This document shows, piece after piece, positions 49,717 to 59,348 of a DNA stretch of 64,000 bases. The stretch is from assembly GCA_963713045.1 (NCBI GenBank), contig CAVQKE010000004.1, forward strand, positions 128,001 to 192,000, given 5' to 3'. A program made the translations under genes and the position numbers. The stretch is from an uncultured delta proteobacterium (GTDB taxonomy: Bacteria; Myxococcota; Myxococcia; Myxococcales; Myxococcaceae). The notes under the pieces are model-generated. The model was not told where the DNA came from. It saw only the letters and a list, made by a program, of their open reading frames with translations, and did no database searches. Position 1 is the stretch's first letter. The number at the start of each line of letters is the position of its first letter.

Positions 49717-50954
49717 GGTCCGGTGTCGCTCGAGGACGCCGTCGACGTCCCCGGCTTCTCCGGTGCCCGCACCGCCACTTTGCTCCCGGGCCGAATTTGA
49801 TTCTGCCCGTCGGTCACCACGACTTGGCCCGGCTTGAGTCCGCTGCTGAGGAGCGTCTCATCCCCCTGCGTGGTGTCGATGGCCACCAGCTGAACCGAGA
49901 CCGTCGAGTCGGCGCCCACCAGGTAGACGAAGGTGCCTTTGGGACCCCGTTGGATGGCCGGCGTGGGAACGACGATGGCGTCCTTTTTCGTCGTGAGGAG
50001 TAGCCGAGCCTTCACGAATTGGTTTGGCCACAGCGCGGAATTGGGGTTGGGGAAGACGGCCTTGATGCGCATGGTGGCGGTCGTCTGGTTAATCTGATTG
50101 TCGATGAGCAGCACCTTCCCAGTCCCAAGCTTGGCCCCACCCGCACGGTCAAAGGCGTCCACCTCCAACGCGCCGTTGCCCATCGCCTCGGAGACTTCGG
50201 CCAGGTCGTCCTGGGGCAACGTGAAAATAACGGCGATCGGGTCGAGCTGCGTGATGACGACGATGCCGGTGGTGTCCGCGGCGTGGATGATATTGCCCGG
50301 GTCGACCAGACGAATGCCGGTCACCCCGTCCACCGGGGAGATGATGTGGGCATACTCAACGTTGAGCCGGGCAGTCTCGACTTGGGCCTTGTCCATGTCG
50401 ACGGTCGCTTTGAGCTGGTCGACTTGTGCCTGCTGGTCGGTGGCCTGTTGCACTGCAATGAGGTTCTGTTTGCTCAACTCCTCATAGCGTTTGAGGTTGA
50501 GTTGGGAATTCACCAGGTTGGCCTGGTCCCGTTCCACGGTCGCTTGCGCCTGGTGAAGCGCCGCCTCGAAGGGCCGTGGGTCGACCAGGGCAATCAGCTC
50601 GCCCTTCTTCACGCGCTGCCCCTCGACGAAGAACACCTTGTCCAACCGGCCGTCGACCTGCGTCTTGACGGTCACGGTGTAGAGGGCCGTGACGGTGCCG
50701 AGGCCTTCGAGGTAGATGGGGACGTCCTTCTGAACGACGGAGGCGGCCGCCACCGGGACGGCCGGGACGTTTGCCGGTGGCGCCTTGGCCTTGAACCCGG
50801 GGTGTCCAGCGAATTGCCACAGTAAACCCGCCAGAATGAGAACGCCGACGAGAATGAATACCCAGCGCCGTCGATGGCCAACGCGCGCCGGAGCCGGGAT
50901 GTCCTTGCCCTCGGCGACGCCTCTCGGCTGCTCAACCGTTTCGATTTTCATCAC
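49713..50954 (-). CDS. mdtA: RND periplasmic adaptor subunit MdtA-like
   Basis: N-terminal TM, VKTQVDG..F.EGQ.VKKG, ISPVDGVTG, LWPNQFV. Confidence 0.9.
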   Translation of the reverse strand: MMKIETVEQPRGVAEGKDIPAPARVGHRRRWVFILVGVLILAGLLWQFAGHPGFKAKAPPANVPAVPVAAASVVQKDVPIYLEGLGTVTALYTVTVKTQVDGRLDKVFFVEGQRVKKGELIALVDPRPFEAALHQAQATVERDQANLVNSQLNLKRYEELSKQNLIAVQQATDQQAQVDQLKATVDMDKAQVETARLNVEYAHIISPVDGVTGIRLVDPGNIIHAADTTGIVVITQLDPIAVIFTLPQDDLAEVSEAMGNGALEVDAFDRAGGAKLGTGKVLLIDNQINQTTATMRIKAVFPNPNSALWPNQFVKARLLLTTKKDAIVVPTPAIQRGPKGTFVYLVGADSTVSVQLVAIDTTQGDETLLSSGLKPGQVVVTDGQNQIRPGSKVAVRAPEKPGTSTASSSDTGP

Positions 50955-52282
50955 CGACGTCCTATGGCGGCGAGCAACTGGGCTCGCGCCGTCGCGAGTG
51001 TAAACCTAGCTTGTACGAGCTGCGCGCCGGCGCTGGTGGCCGCAACCTGAGCGTCACTGAGCTCGATGATGCTTCCCACACCCGTCGCGTAGCGTTGCTC
51101 CGCGAGACGAAGCTGTTCACGGGCGTTCACCAGCGCGTCTTCCGAGGCGACCAGCGCTTCTTTGCTGCCTTCCAGCGTCGCCGCTGCTTGCTCCACGCTG
51201 AACCGGACTGCCAATTGCTCGGCCGTCAATTGGGCGTTGGCGTTGTCCAAATTGCTCTGGGCCTGAAGGACGACCCCGGGTGTCTTCAGCCCGTCGAAGA
51301 AGTCCCAGGTGGCCTGAAGTCCGAAATCCCAGGCGGGACCGAGATGGTCGAGGGCATCGCCGGTTGAGGCCAAGCTGCCGAACAGCGAGAACGCCGGGAG
51401 GTAGCCTCCTCGGGCAGCGCGCAGAGCGAGGTCATTGGATTCGACGGCTTTGACGCTGGCGGCAATCTCGGGCCGCTCACGCAGGGCAATTGCGGTGAGC
51501 GCGTCGACCGATTGGTTCTCCCCGGGAAGCGGCGGCAGCTCCTCGTTGGCGACTTCGTAGGCCGTTCCCTGGACGACTCCCATCGCCTGGTTCAACTGGG
51601 CCTTGGCGATGATGTAGTTGTTCTTGGCTTGGATGAGCGCAACGCGGGCGTTGGCCACGTTGGTTCGTGCCTGGGCCAGCGCGATTTCGGGCTGGGTCCC
51701 GACCTTCACGAAGGCCTCCGTCTGCACCTGATGTTGGACTTGGTTGTCCAGCGTCTCTTGTTGGACTTGCACCAGGGCGCGGTCTGCCTGCGCTAGGAAG
51801 AATGCGGTCCGGACCGTGAGAATGGTGTTGATGACGGTGGCTTGCTCAGTGGCCTGAAGACTGGAGACGTTGGCATAGGAGGAGCGAGTCCGGTCGACCG
51901 ACTGGAAGTCCCAGATGAGCTGGGTTCCGTTGAGTGAAAACGTGAAGTTGTTGCGCACCGCGGCACCCGCTATGCCGACGTTGCCGTTCCCAGACGAAAT
52001 GCCTGTCGAACCGTAGAGGCGTTCTCCGACGGCCGAAGCGTTCAGCTGCGGAAGGAGGCTGGACCGAGTTTGTTCCGCCGCTCCCGTAGCTGAACCGACG
52101 CTGGCCACTGCAGACAGAAGAACAGGGCTCTGCTTGAGGGCGACCTCGACCGCCTGGTCCAGGTGCAGCACCGGGGGGGAAGGTGTGCCCGCGTCGTCGG
52201 CGCGCGCGACGGGGCAGAGCGCGAGGACAGTCGCAAGACAAGCGAGGCGTCTCGCTTCTCGGGCGGTGGGGAGGGAGAGCAC
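50951..52282 (-). CDS. TolC family outer membrane factor
   Basis: Signal peptide from GTG 52282 (..LCPVARA), LHLDQAVEVAL, duplicated OEP repeats, RYATGVGSIIELSDAQ. Confidence 0.88.
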   Translation of the reverse strand: MLSLPTAREARRLACLATVLALCPVARADDAGTPSPPVLHLDQAVEVALKQSPVLLSAVASVGSATGAAEQTRSSLLPQLNASAVGERLYGSTGISSGNGNVGIAGAAVRNNFTFSLNGTQLIWDFQSVDRTRSSYANVSSLQATEQATVINTILTVRTAFFLAQADRALVQVQQETLDNQVQHQVQTEAFVKVGTQPEIALAQARTNVANARVALIQAKNNYIIAKAQLNQAMGVVQGTAYEVANEELPPLPGENQSVDALTAIALRERPEIAASVKAVESNDLALRAARGGYLPAFSLFGSLASTGDALDHLGPAWDFGLQATWDFFDGLKTPGVVLQAQSNLDNANAQLTAEQLAVRFSVEQAAATLEGSKEALVASEDALVNAREQLRLAEQRYATGVGSIIELSDAQVAATSAGAQLVQARFTLATARAQLLAAIGRR

Positions 52283-52330
52283 GCGGTCAAGTCCTAGGTA
52301 GGCCGTCGGGCGGGGCCGCGCTACCTCCGC

Positions 52331-52383
52331 GGACGAGAGGTCACTGGCCTCTGACGGGAGCCTCGCTGGCTTGGACGAAGGGC
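52331..52383 (-). promoter_or_regulatory. Three direct repeats with 21-bp period (putative LytTR boxes)
   Basis: Minus strand GCCCTTCGTCC / GGCTCCCGTCA / ACCTCTCGTCC; plus-strand GACG cores at 52374, 52353, 52332. Confidence 0.6.
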
Positions 52384-52412
52384 GCCTCATGGTCGGAGAT
52401 GTCGGTGGTTGC

Positions 52413-53189
52413 TTAGCCCCGCCGTGGCCACGCGGCGTCTGCCAACAGACTGTCCCGAACGGCTTGAATTCGGTCTCGAGAGACTGGCACGCGAACTCCG
52501 GACGCGTCCCCGCCCAGCCCAGTTCCAACGAAGAGCCGTGTCTCGGTGCCATCGCGCTCGAGCTCCTTGACGTGCGAAGTGTTAACCAGCCAATTGCGGT
52601 GAACCCGGGTGAGTGCCCGTCCGAAAGAGACTTCGATGGCACTCAAGGAGAGGTCCATGTCGAACCGTCCCGCCTGGGTATGGACAAACGTCAGTCGGTC
52701 AGCGGCCTCAAAGGCCCAGATTTCCGTCGGCTCCAGGAAGACGAGATTTCGTTTCCTCCGCGCGACGATGCGCAAGGGGTGGGGCCCTCCTGGGCCGGTG
52801 CGGTGGCGGAGGGCCACGCGCTCGAGACACTGAGCCACCCGCTCCTCGGTAAAGGGCTTGAGCAAGTAGTCCACCACGCCCAAGTCAAAGGCCTCGAGGG
52901 CGTGCTGCTCGAAGGCGGTGGCAAGGACAAACAGCAACCCCGGGTGGGTTCGCGCCAGCGTCCTAACCAACTCCAACCCGGTCCGGTCCCCGGAGTCCGC
53001 CGCGAGCTGTACGTCGACGAAGACCACGTCCACCGACAGGCGAGCGGAACTCTGGAGCGCCTCGAGCGCCTCGTCCACGGTAGCCACTGCCCCCACCACC
53101 TCAGCCGCACGCGACCCCTGCAGCAATTCGACCAGGTAATTCCGCGCTGGCCATTCATCCTCCACCACCAATGCGCGCAGCGTGCTCAA
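52413..53189 (-). CDS. LytTR family response regulator
   Basis: VEDE, DVQL, ATAF..A, DYLLKP receiver; RVHRNWLVN, VPVSR LytTR domain. Confidence 0.93.
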   Translation of the reverse strand: MSTLRALVVEDEWPARNYLVELLQGSRAAEVVGAVATVDEALEALQSSARLSVDVVFVDVQLAADSGDRTGLELVRTLARTHPGLLFVLATAFEQHALEAFDLGVVDYLLKPFTEERVAQCLERVALRHRTGPGGPHPLRIVARRKRNLVFLEPTEIWAFEAADRLTFVHTQAGRFDMDLSLSAIEVSFGRALTRVHRNWLVNTSHVKELERDGTETRLFVGTGLGGDASGVRVPVSRDRIQAVRDSLLADAAWPRRG

Positions 53190-54316
53190 CCGACATTCTC
53201 GCGGCCGATGAAGGTGTCGAGCTGCCGCGGCACCTGAACGATGGAGCGGGTACCGCCCCCCGAGGATTCGAGGGACAGTCGAGCGCGCTCCGAATACCGG
53301 AGCTCGAGTCGGCGCCGCACCGACTTGAGGCCGAAGGCGTCCGAGCGGACGGAGTCGCCTGAGAGCCCGGGCCCATTGTCCTCGACGATGCAGGTCATCG
53401 AGTCACCAGCAAGGCTGGCGTGGATGCTGACCCGGCCGCCACCGGCGCGCCGCAAGGCCCCATGTTTGACTGCATTCTCCACCAGCGGCTGAAGCAGCAG
53501 GCGAGGAAGAAGGACGTTGCGAGTCTCCTCGGCGATGTCCCAGCCAAACGTCAGCCCCCCGCGGTGTCGGGCTTCGAGAATCTCCGCATAGCGGTGAAGC
53601 CACGCCACCTGCGCCCCCAGGGTTTGCATCTCGTCCTCATCGCGGAGGGCGTCGCGGAGCAAGTCGCCGAGCGCCGCGAGGAGGCGGCGGGCTTCACGCG
53701 GGTCCTCGGTGACGAGGCCGGCGATGGCGTTGAGGGTATTCAACAGAAAGTGTGGTTCCAGATGCGCTCTGAGGCGAGCGAGCTCGGCTGCGGCGCGCAA
53801 CTTCTCGGCCTCGAGCTGGACTTTGTCCCGCTCCAGAGAACGAATCCGGCCGAGTTCCACCACCCTCGGCAGCAGAAATGCCAACCCCCAGAGTCCAAAA
53901 TGGCTCATGGCCCAGGTCACCCCGGACAGGACCGAGCGCTCCAGGGTGGGCGGGGGCACAGCGGTGGACGTCAGTCGCAGGGCGGGAAACCGCTGGATGG
54001 CGAGCCACCAGAGCGCACCAAACAGCGCGCCCACCACGGCAGCGACGAGGATGCCGGCGCCCACCAATCGAGCGGGCCCGGCGCGGCGATGGTAGCCGTA
54101 GCTGAAGGCCGCCGACAGCAGCAACATCAGAGGCGGCATCTCCATCGCGACGTAAAGGAGTTGGGACAGCGCGCGAGGCAGGTCGCGGTTCGCGACGTAT
54201 TGGGTCGCGACCTGCAGCAGAATGACAATCACGACGACGCCGATGCCGAGGAGTCGATGCCCACCGCGGGGAAGCGGGGAGTCGACCTGTCCAGCTGGCG
54301 CACGGGCCGGAGTCAC
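53186..54316 (-). CDS. LytS/YehU-type sensor histidine kinase
   Basis: Four TMs, LRAHLEPHFLLNTLNAI, LLQPLVENAVKHG, DNGPG; start uncertain (54316 or 54325). Confidence 0.9.
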   Translation of the reverse strand: MTPARAPAGQVDSPLPRGGHRLLGIGVVVIVILLQVATQYVANRDLPRALSQLLYVAMEMPPLMLLLSAAFSYGYHRRAGPARLVGAGILVAAVVGALFGALWWLAIQRFPALRLTSTAVPPPTLERSVLSGVTWAMSHFGLWGLAFLLPRVVELGRIRSLERDKVQLEAEKLRAAAELARLRAHLEPHFLLNTLNAIAGLVTEDPREARRLLAALGDLLRDALRDEDEMQTLGAQVAWLHRYAEILEARHRGGLTFGWDIAEETRNVLLPRLLLQPLVENAVKHGALRRAGGGRVSIHASLAGDSMTCIVEDNGPGLSGDSVRSDAFGLKSVRRRLELRYSERARLSLESSGGGTRSIVQVPRQLDTFIGRENVG

Positions 54317-54500
54317 GGCCCCCAAAGTAAACCTTCTGCTCGGGGGGCGCAGCACGTAGCGGCTGGTGGCCCTCTCGCCGCCCGTGGTGGGCGCCCCTGC
54401 ACCGCTCGTCCAGAAGATGCTTTTGACGGGCGGCCGAAAGTGGGGTTCGCCAGGCCGGTGACGGCGGAGACTGCTGGCGGCCGGGGCTTCCCGGACGGCG

Positions 54501-55862
54501 TCAGCGGCCGTGCGGCTGCGGAAGTCCGCGGGCGTCGCGAGAGCTCGAGCCGCCGTCGCGCCGGGGATGGCGGCGGGACGGGCCGCCCGAAAAAACGCGT
54601 GCCCCGTGGGTCCGCGCATGTCGCCCGGGAGCTTGCCCGGTAGGCCGGGCGGAGATGCCATGGGAGTGGGTGCGAGGGCCGGGGTCGAGCTGCCGGTCCG
54701 CGTGCTGCTTGAGTTCGGCTTGAAAGGCCGGCGCGTCCCGTGGGACAGGGGCCTGGCGGACACGGGCGCGGGTGAGCCGTTCGATTGCGAGAAGCAGCGG
54801 CGTCTCGTCCGGGGCCACGAAGCTGGACGCCCTCCCGCTGGCTGCGGCGCGCGCGGTCCGGCCAATGCGGTGGACGTAGTCCTCAGGCACGTGGGGAAGG
54901 TCGAAATTGACGACGTGGCCGATGTCCGCCACGTCGATGCCACGGGCAGCGATGTCCGTGGCGACCAGCACCCGGACCCGTCCGCCGCGGAAGTCCTCAA
55001 GAGCACGTTGACGCTGGCCCTGCGAGCGGTCGGCGTGAATCCGGTCCGTCTGGTGACCGGCCCGCTGGAGTGACCGCGCCAGCTTGTCGGCCCGACGTCG
55101 CGTTCGAACGAAGACGAGGGTGCTGTCATCCGAAGTGCTGAGCAATGCCTGCAGCAAAGCCGCCTTCTCGCCATGGCCCACGCGGTACGCGGATTGGTGC
55201 GCCCGGGGCGCCGTTGTCCCTGAGCGGGCCACCTCCACCCGGACTGGCGAGCGCAGGTGCGTCCGAGCGAACGCAGCCACTTCGCCGGCCATGGTGGCGG
55301 AGAACAGAAGCGTCTGCCGCTGTTTTGGCAGCCTGGCCATCACCCGGCGCAGCTGCGGGGCAAAGCCCATGTCCAGCATCCGGTCCGCTTCGTCGAGGAC
55401 CAGAATCTCGATGGTGTCCAGCCGCGCCGTCCCGGAGTCGAGGTGGTCAATCAGGCGTCCCGGCGTGGCGATGAGCAGCGGACGGCCCTCGCGAAGGGCG
55501 CGGCGCTGTCCGTCCATGCCGACTCCACCAATGACGACGGCGGCCCGCATGTGTGCCTTCCGGCCGAGAAGGTCGACATGCTGGGCAATTTGCAGGGCCA
55601 GCTCGCGCGTTGGTGCCAACACCAGCGCCCGGGTGCCCGTCTTGCCGTGGAGCCGCTCCAGCAGGGGAAGCAGGTAGGCGGCGGTCTTTCCGGTCCCCGT
55701 GGCGGCGCAGCCGATGACGTCGCAGCCCTTGAGCGCCGGGGGGATGGCTTGGGCTTGGATGGGAGTGGGCGTAGTGAAGCCAGCGGCCGCCAGCGCTTGA
55801 AGCGCAGAAGGGGAGAGGCCGAGGGCTGTGAAATTTGAAGCAGAGGCAGACTCTGTGGACAC
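54501..55862 (-). CDS. DEAD-box RNA helicase (RhlE-like)
   Basis: Q motif PTPIQ, ATGTGKT, PTRELA, DEAD, SAT, ARGID, HRIGRTAR. Confidence 0.95.
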   Translation of the reverse strand: MSTESASASNFTALGLSPSALQALAAAGFTTPTPIQAQAIPPALKGCDVIGCAATGTGKTAAYLLPLLERLHGKTGTRALVLAPTRELALQIAQHVDLLGRKAHMRAAVVIGGVGMDGQRRALREGRPLLIATPGRLIDHLDSGTARLDTIEILVLDEADRMLDMGFAPQLRRVMARLPKQRQTLLFSATMAGEVAAFARTHLRSPVRVEVARSGTTAPRAHQSAYRVGHGEKAALLQALLSTSDDSTLVFVRTRRRADKLARSLQRAGHQTDRIHADRSQGQRQRALEDFRGGRVRVLVATDIAARGIDVADIGHVVNFDLPHVPEDYVHRIGRTARAAASGRASSFVAPDETPLLLAIERLTRARVRQAPVPRDAPAFQAELKQHADRQLDPGPRTHSHGISARPTGQAPGRHARTHGARVFSGGPSRRHPRRDGGSSSRDARGLPQPHGR

Positions 55863-56067
55863 GGAAAACAACCTTCTGTCGAACGGGAAGACCCGGCCGG
55901 ACGGGAACACACGCACCAGCACGGCGCGGGAGGGCGCGGACGACGCAAGACAGCGCGCTCCCGCGATGACACAGCGTGTAACAGCACACGCCCCGGAATG
56001 CCAGTCGGTGTCCAATCGCCGCTGTCCCGCGGGGTAGCGCGGCGGCTGCCGGCCGCGTCCGGTTAGG

Positions 56068-56961
56068 GTGCACCACATGCTCGCCCTCTTTGGGCTCCCC
56101 CTGCTCCTCCTCGCGCCCCCGGTCGCCCCGGTCGATGCCGCTGCCTTCGCGCGGGAAACGGCCGCCTGGCACGCCGAGCGCGAGAAGCGGCTGACCTCGG
56201 ACGACGGCTGGCTCACCTTGGTGGCGCTTTTGTGGCTGAAGGAAGGGGACAATGTGGCCGGTTCTGGACCGGATGCGACGCTCGTGTTTCCCCCCCAAGC
56301 GCCCGCTCGCCTCGGCACCTTCAGTCGACGCGGGTCGGCCGTCAGCTTTCGGCCGGCGCCCGGCGTCCTGGTGACGACGCGTGGAGGCACGCCTTTCAGC
56401 GGTGGACCTCTCAAGTCAGACGCGGAGGAGGCGCCGGACGTTCTCGAGGTCGGCGGACTCCGCTTTTACGTCGTCGTCCGCGGCGACCGGGTGGGCCTCC
56501 GGGTGAAGGACCCCCAGGCGCCCAAGCGCCTCGCGTTTCATGGCATCCCGGCCTATCCGGCCGACGTCCGCTGGCGCATCGAAGCGCGCTGGGAGCAAGC
56601 GCCGGCGGGCGCGGTCATCACTGTCCCCGACGTTCTCGGCGGGCTATCGCCGATGCCAGCCCCGGGCACTGCGGTGTTTCAGGTGGACGGCCGGGAGTAC
56701 CGTCTGACGCCGGTCCTCGAGGAGGGGAGCACCGACCTCTTCTTCGTTTTCGCCGATGCGACCAACCGCACTGAGACGTATGGCGCTGGGCGCTTTCTTT
56801 ATGCTGAGCCGGCGAAGAATGGGCGGGTGGTGATTGACTTCAACCGCGCCTACAACCCCCCTTGTGCCTTCACCCCCTACGCCACCTGCCCACTGCCGCC
56901 CAAGCAGAACCATCTTCCCTTCGCTGTAACCGCGGGTGAGAAGCGAAAAGGAGCCGACTGA
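56068..56961 (+). CDS. DUF1684 domain secreted protein
   Basis: GWLTLVAL, FADATN..TYGAGRFL, DFNRAYNPPCAFTPYATCPLPP. Confidence 0.9.
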   Translation: MHHMLALFGLPLLLLAPPVAPVDAAAFARETAAWHAEREKRLTSDDGWLTLVALLWLKEGDNVAGSGPDATLVFPPQAPARLGTFSRRGSAVSFRPAPGVLVTTRGGTPFSGGPLKSDAEEAPDVLEVGGLRFYVVVRGDRVGLRVKDPQAPKRLAFHGIPAYPADVRWRIEARWEQAPAGAVITVPDVLGGLSPMPAPGTAVFQVDGREYRLTPVLEEGSTDLFFVFADATNRTETYGAGRFLYAEPAKNGRVVIDFNRAYNPPCAFTPYATCPLPPKQNHLPFAVTAGEKRKGAD

Positions 56962-57042
56962 GCGGAGGACGTGGACTCGCCCGACGTGGATGAGACTTTC
57001 TAGACTCGCTCTCGAGGAACGCAATCCCCCCCGGGAGGGTCC

Positions 57043-57593
57043 ATGCATCGCCGTCTTCTGCCGTCGCTTGTCATCGCCGCCGCTCTCGCCACGCCAAATG
57101 CCGCACGAGCCGATTGGGCACTGCGCGCCGCTTACCTCGTTCCGATGTACGTGAATACCGGCGTCTCTCAAACGCTGGGCGCGCCCATCTACACCTACGG
57201 CGTTGGCCAGCAGTGGATTTCGAACCTGGACGTGCTGGCGAGCTGGTACCCGGTGGACTTCATGTCGGTGGACATCGAGGGACAATTCAACCTGACCGGC
57301 ACCAACCCCAACTACCCGATGACCGGCATTTACGTCGGTCCCGGCGTGACTTTCGATTTCCCCTTGTTCCTCTATGCGCGGGTCGCGCTGCCGGTTCAGG
57401 TCAGCGGACAGTCGAATTATCCAATCTCCACGCCCACCGCTTTCTTGCGGCGGGCGGAGGTCTCAAGCTCGACCTCCTTGTCTTGCGGCTGTACCTCGAG
57501 GCGACCGCCGACCTTGCCTACGCTGGCACCGGCGTCAGCTTCTTCAGCCCGAAGACCATCAACGTTGCGGCTGGCGTCTGGGTGAGATTCTAG
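57043..57593 (+). CDS. Outer membrane beta-barrel protein, apparently frameshifted at ~57449
   Basis: Signal peptide (..NAARA), beta strands; after a one-base shift continues GGGLKLDL...AGVWVRF ending in Phe. Confidence 0.7.
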
Positions 57594-57778
57594 GCGTCCC
57601 GCGGCAGCCCACGGCGGTCAGCAGCAGGGCCCCCCGCGAGGTCGCGCGAGCGTCTGGCACCTGGCAGCTGCGACACCGGCCTGTAGCAATTCGGTCGCGA
57701 ATTTTTTTGGTCAGCCGAATGCGGCTAGACAGTTGCCCTTGCACCGATGCGCTCCGCGTCGGGCGGCAAGGGGGCCAG

Positions 57779-58732
57779 ATGAGCGTCGCCATCGAGCGGG
57801 ATGAGTGGGCCGGGCTACTCGAAGACTCGGAAGTTTCGGTGGGGGCGGCTCTGCTGGCGGCACCCCCAGTCCGCTCGGAGCCGCTGCTTGCGCCGCGGCA
57901 GATGCTCGCTGGTCGCTTCAGCATCGTTCGCCTGATTGCGCGCGGCCCACTGGGGGTGGTGTACGAGGCGCGGGACGAGGAACGGCAGACGCCGGTCGCA
58001 CTCAAGACGGTGCATCCCCGTCTAGCGGCAGACTCCGCTGCCATGGACCGGCTGCGCTCAGAGCTGTTGTTGGCCCGTCGTCTGCGCCACCCAGCGGTGT
58101 GCCGAGTCTTCGAGGTTTACGCGCTGAGGACACTCAACGGCGACCTTTTGCACTTCCTCACCCGGCAGCTACTTCCCGGCAACTCTCTGGCCGATAGGAT
58201 GGCTCGCCACGGCGTGTTTCGCGAAGCGGAGGCTTTCCCGCTTCTGCAGCAGATGGCAGAGGCGCTGTCGGTTGCCCACGCGCTGGGCCTGGTGCACCGC
58301 GACTTCAAGCCCTCCAACGTGTTGCTTGTGCCCAGCGAAGACGGCGCGGGCCGAGAGCGGGTGGTGGTGACGGACTTCGGCATCGCCCGTGCGCTTCTTC
58401 CGGACCGACGACGCACCGAGCCCTTGCCAGCCTTGGCGGAGGAACTCCTCACCTCGCTGGACTATTTGGCCCCGGAACAGTTGGGTGGCGGCGTGGTGGG
58501 GCCGGCCACCGACGTCTATGCGCTGGGTGTGGTGCTGCACCAACTGATGACTGGCCGGCTACCGGCGGTTCACCCCTTGGGGCCGTTGGCGGACTCCTGC
58601 GTCATTCCACCCGCGGCGCTGGTGCCGGAGTTGGATGGTCGCTGGAACGCGACCATCCTTCGCTGCCTCGAGCGGACGCCGGGCCGTCGTTTCCAAGACC
58701 CGCGCGAGGTGGTGGCCGCGCTGTCTCAGTAG
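57779..58732 (+). CDS. Hanks-type Ser/Thr protein kinase (cytoplasmic, kinase domain only)
   Basis: VALK, HRDFKPSN, DFG, YLAPE, DVYALG. Confidence 0.9.
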   Translation: MSVAIERDEWAGLLEDSEVSVGAALLAAPPVRSEPLLAPRQMLAGRFSIVRLIARGPLGVVYEARDEERQTPVALKTVHPRLAADSAAMDRLRSELLLARRLRHPAVCRVFEVYALRTLNGDLLHFLTRQLLPGNSLADRMARHGVFREAEAFPLLQQMAEALSVAHALGLVHRDFKPSNVLLVPSEDGAGRERVVVTDFGIARALLPDRRRTEPLPALAEELLTSLDYLAPEQLGGGVVGPATDVYALGVVLHQLMTGRLPAVHPLGPLADSCVIPPAALVPELDGRWNATILRCLERTPGRRFQDPREVVAALSQ

Positions 58733-59223
58733 CTGAGCACGCCATTCATCGTCAGCACCGCTGGCCCGAAGCCGAGCGCCGAGACGGCCACGCCCCCGTC
58801 GGTCACCGCCGCGCCAAAGGCGTCGGCGAATTGTCCAGTGCCGCCGTCGAAGGTGAAGATTCCGCTAAGGGGAATGTTGGTGACGTCGATGTTCCCAGCG
58901 TCATTGCAGCCGACAAACGCGGCGCCGGAAAAGCTTGAATACAACACCTCTGTGCTGCTTTGAGTCCAGGTCGCGATGATGCTGACCGGCGCGGGGCCGC
59001 ATGCTCCGATGGTGATGGGGAGCGTTGCGCTCAGCGTATACGCACCGGCTTGGCCGAGGTTGCACGAGCCATTCAGCGTGACGTTGGTCCCCACAATGTC
59101 CACCGGCACCGATGGACAGCCGCCGTCGATGATGTAGAGAACTGGTCCGAGCGGGGTGCTGCTGCAAGCCACGGCCAGGGCTGTGGCGAGCGTTGCGCCC
59201 AGCACCACATAAGTCTTCCTCAT
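58726..59223 (-). CDS. Lipoprotein, beta-rich, with GGTG.F motif
   Basis: GAGG RBS, MRK..LAVAC lipobox, four further Cys, FTFDGGTGQFADAFG. Confidence 0.75.
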   Translation of the reverse strand: MRKTYVVLGATLATALAVACSSTPLGPVLYIIDGGCPSVPVDIVGTNVTLNGSCNLGQAGAYTLSATLPITIGACGPAPVSIIATWTQSSTEVLYSSFSGAAFVGCNDAGNIDVTNIPLSGIFTFDGGTGQFADAFGAAVTDGGVAVSALGFGPAVLTMNGVLSY

Positions 59224-59348
59224 TCGCTAACCCTCCCTCATCCTCGGGGCGCCGCTCGGGCGTCCCGCGTGTAACCCGGCCCTAAGTCGCGGCACCCTAC
59301 CACTGGCCGCTGCAGTCCGGGGGGAGAGAAGTCGCTTGAAGCTGTGGC

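Noticed and set aside
53186..55174. 662-aa sensor kinase overlapping the helicase
   Set aside because: The extension is an alternate frame of the DEAD-box gene; kinase TMs start near 54316
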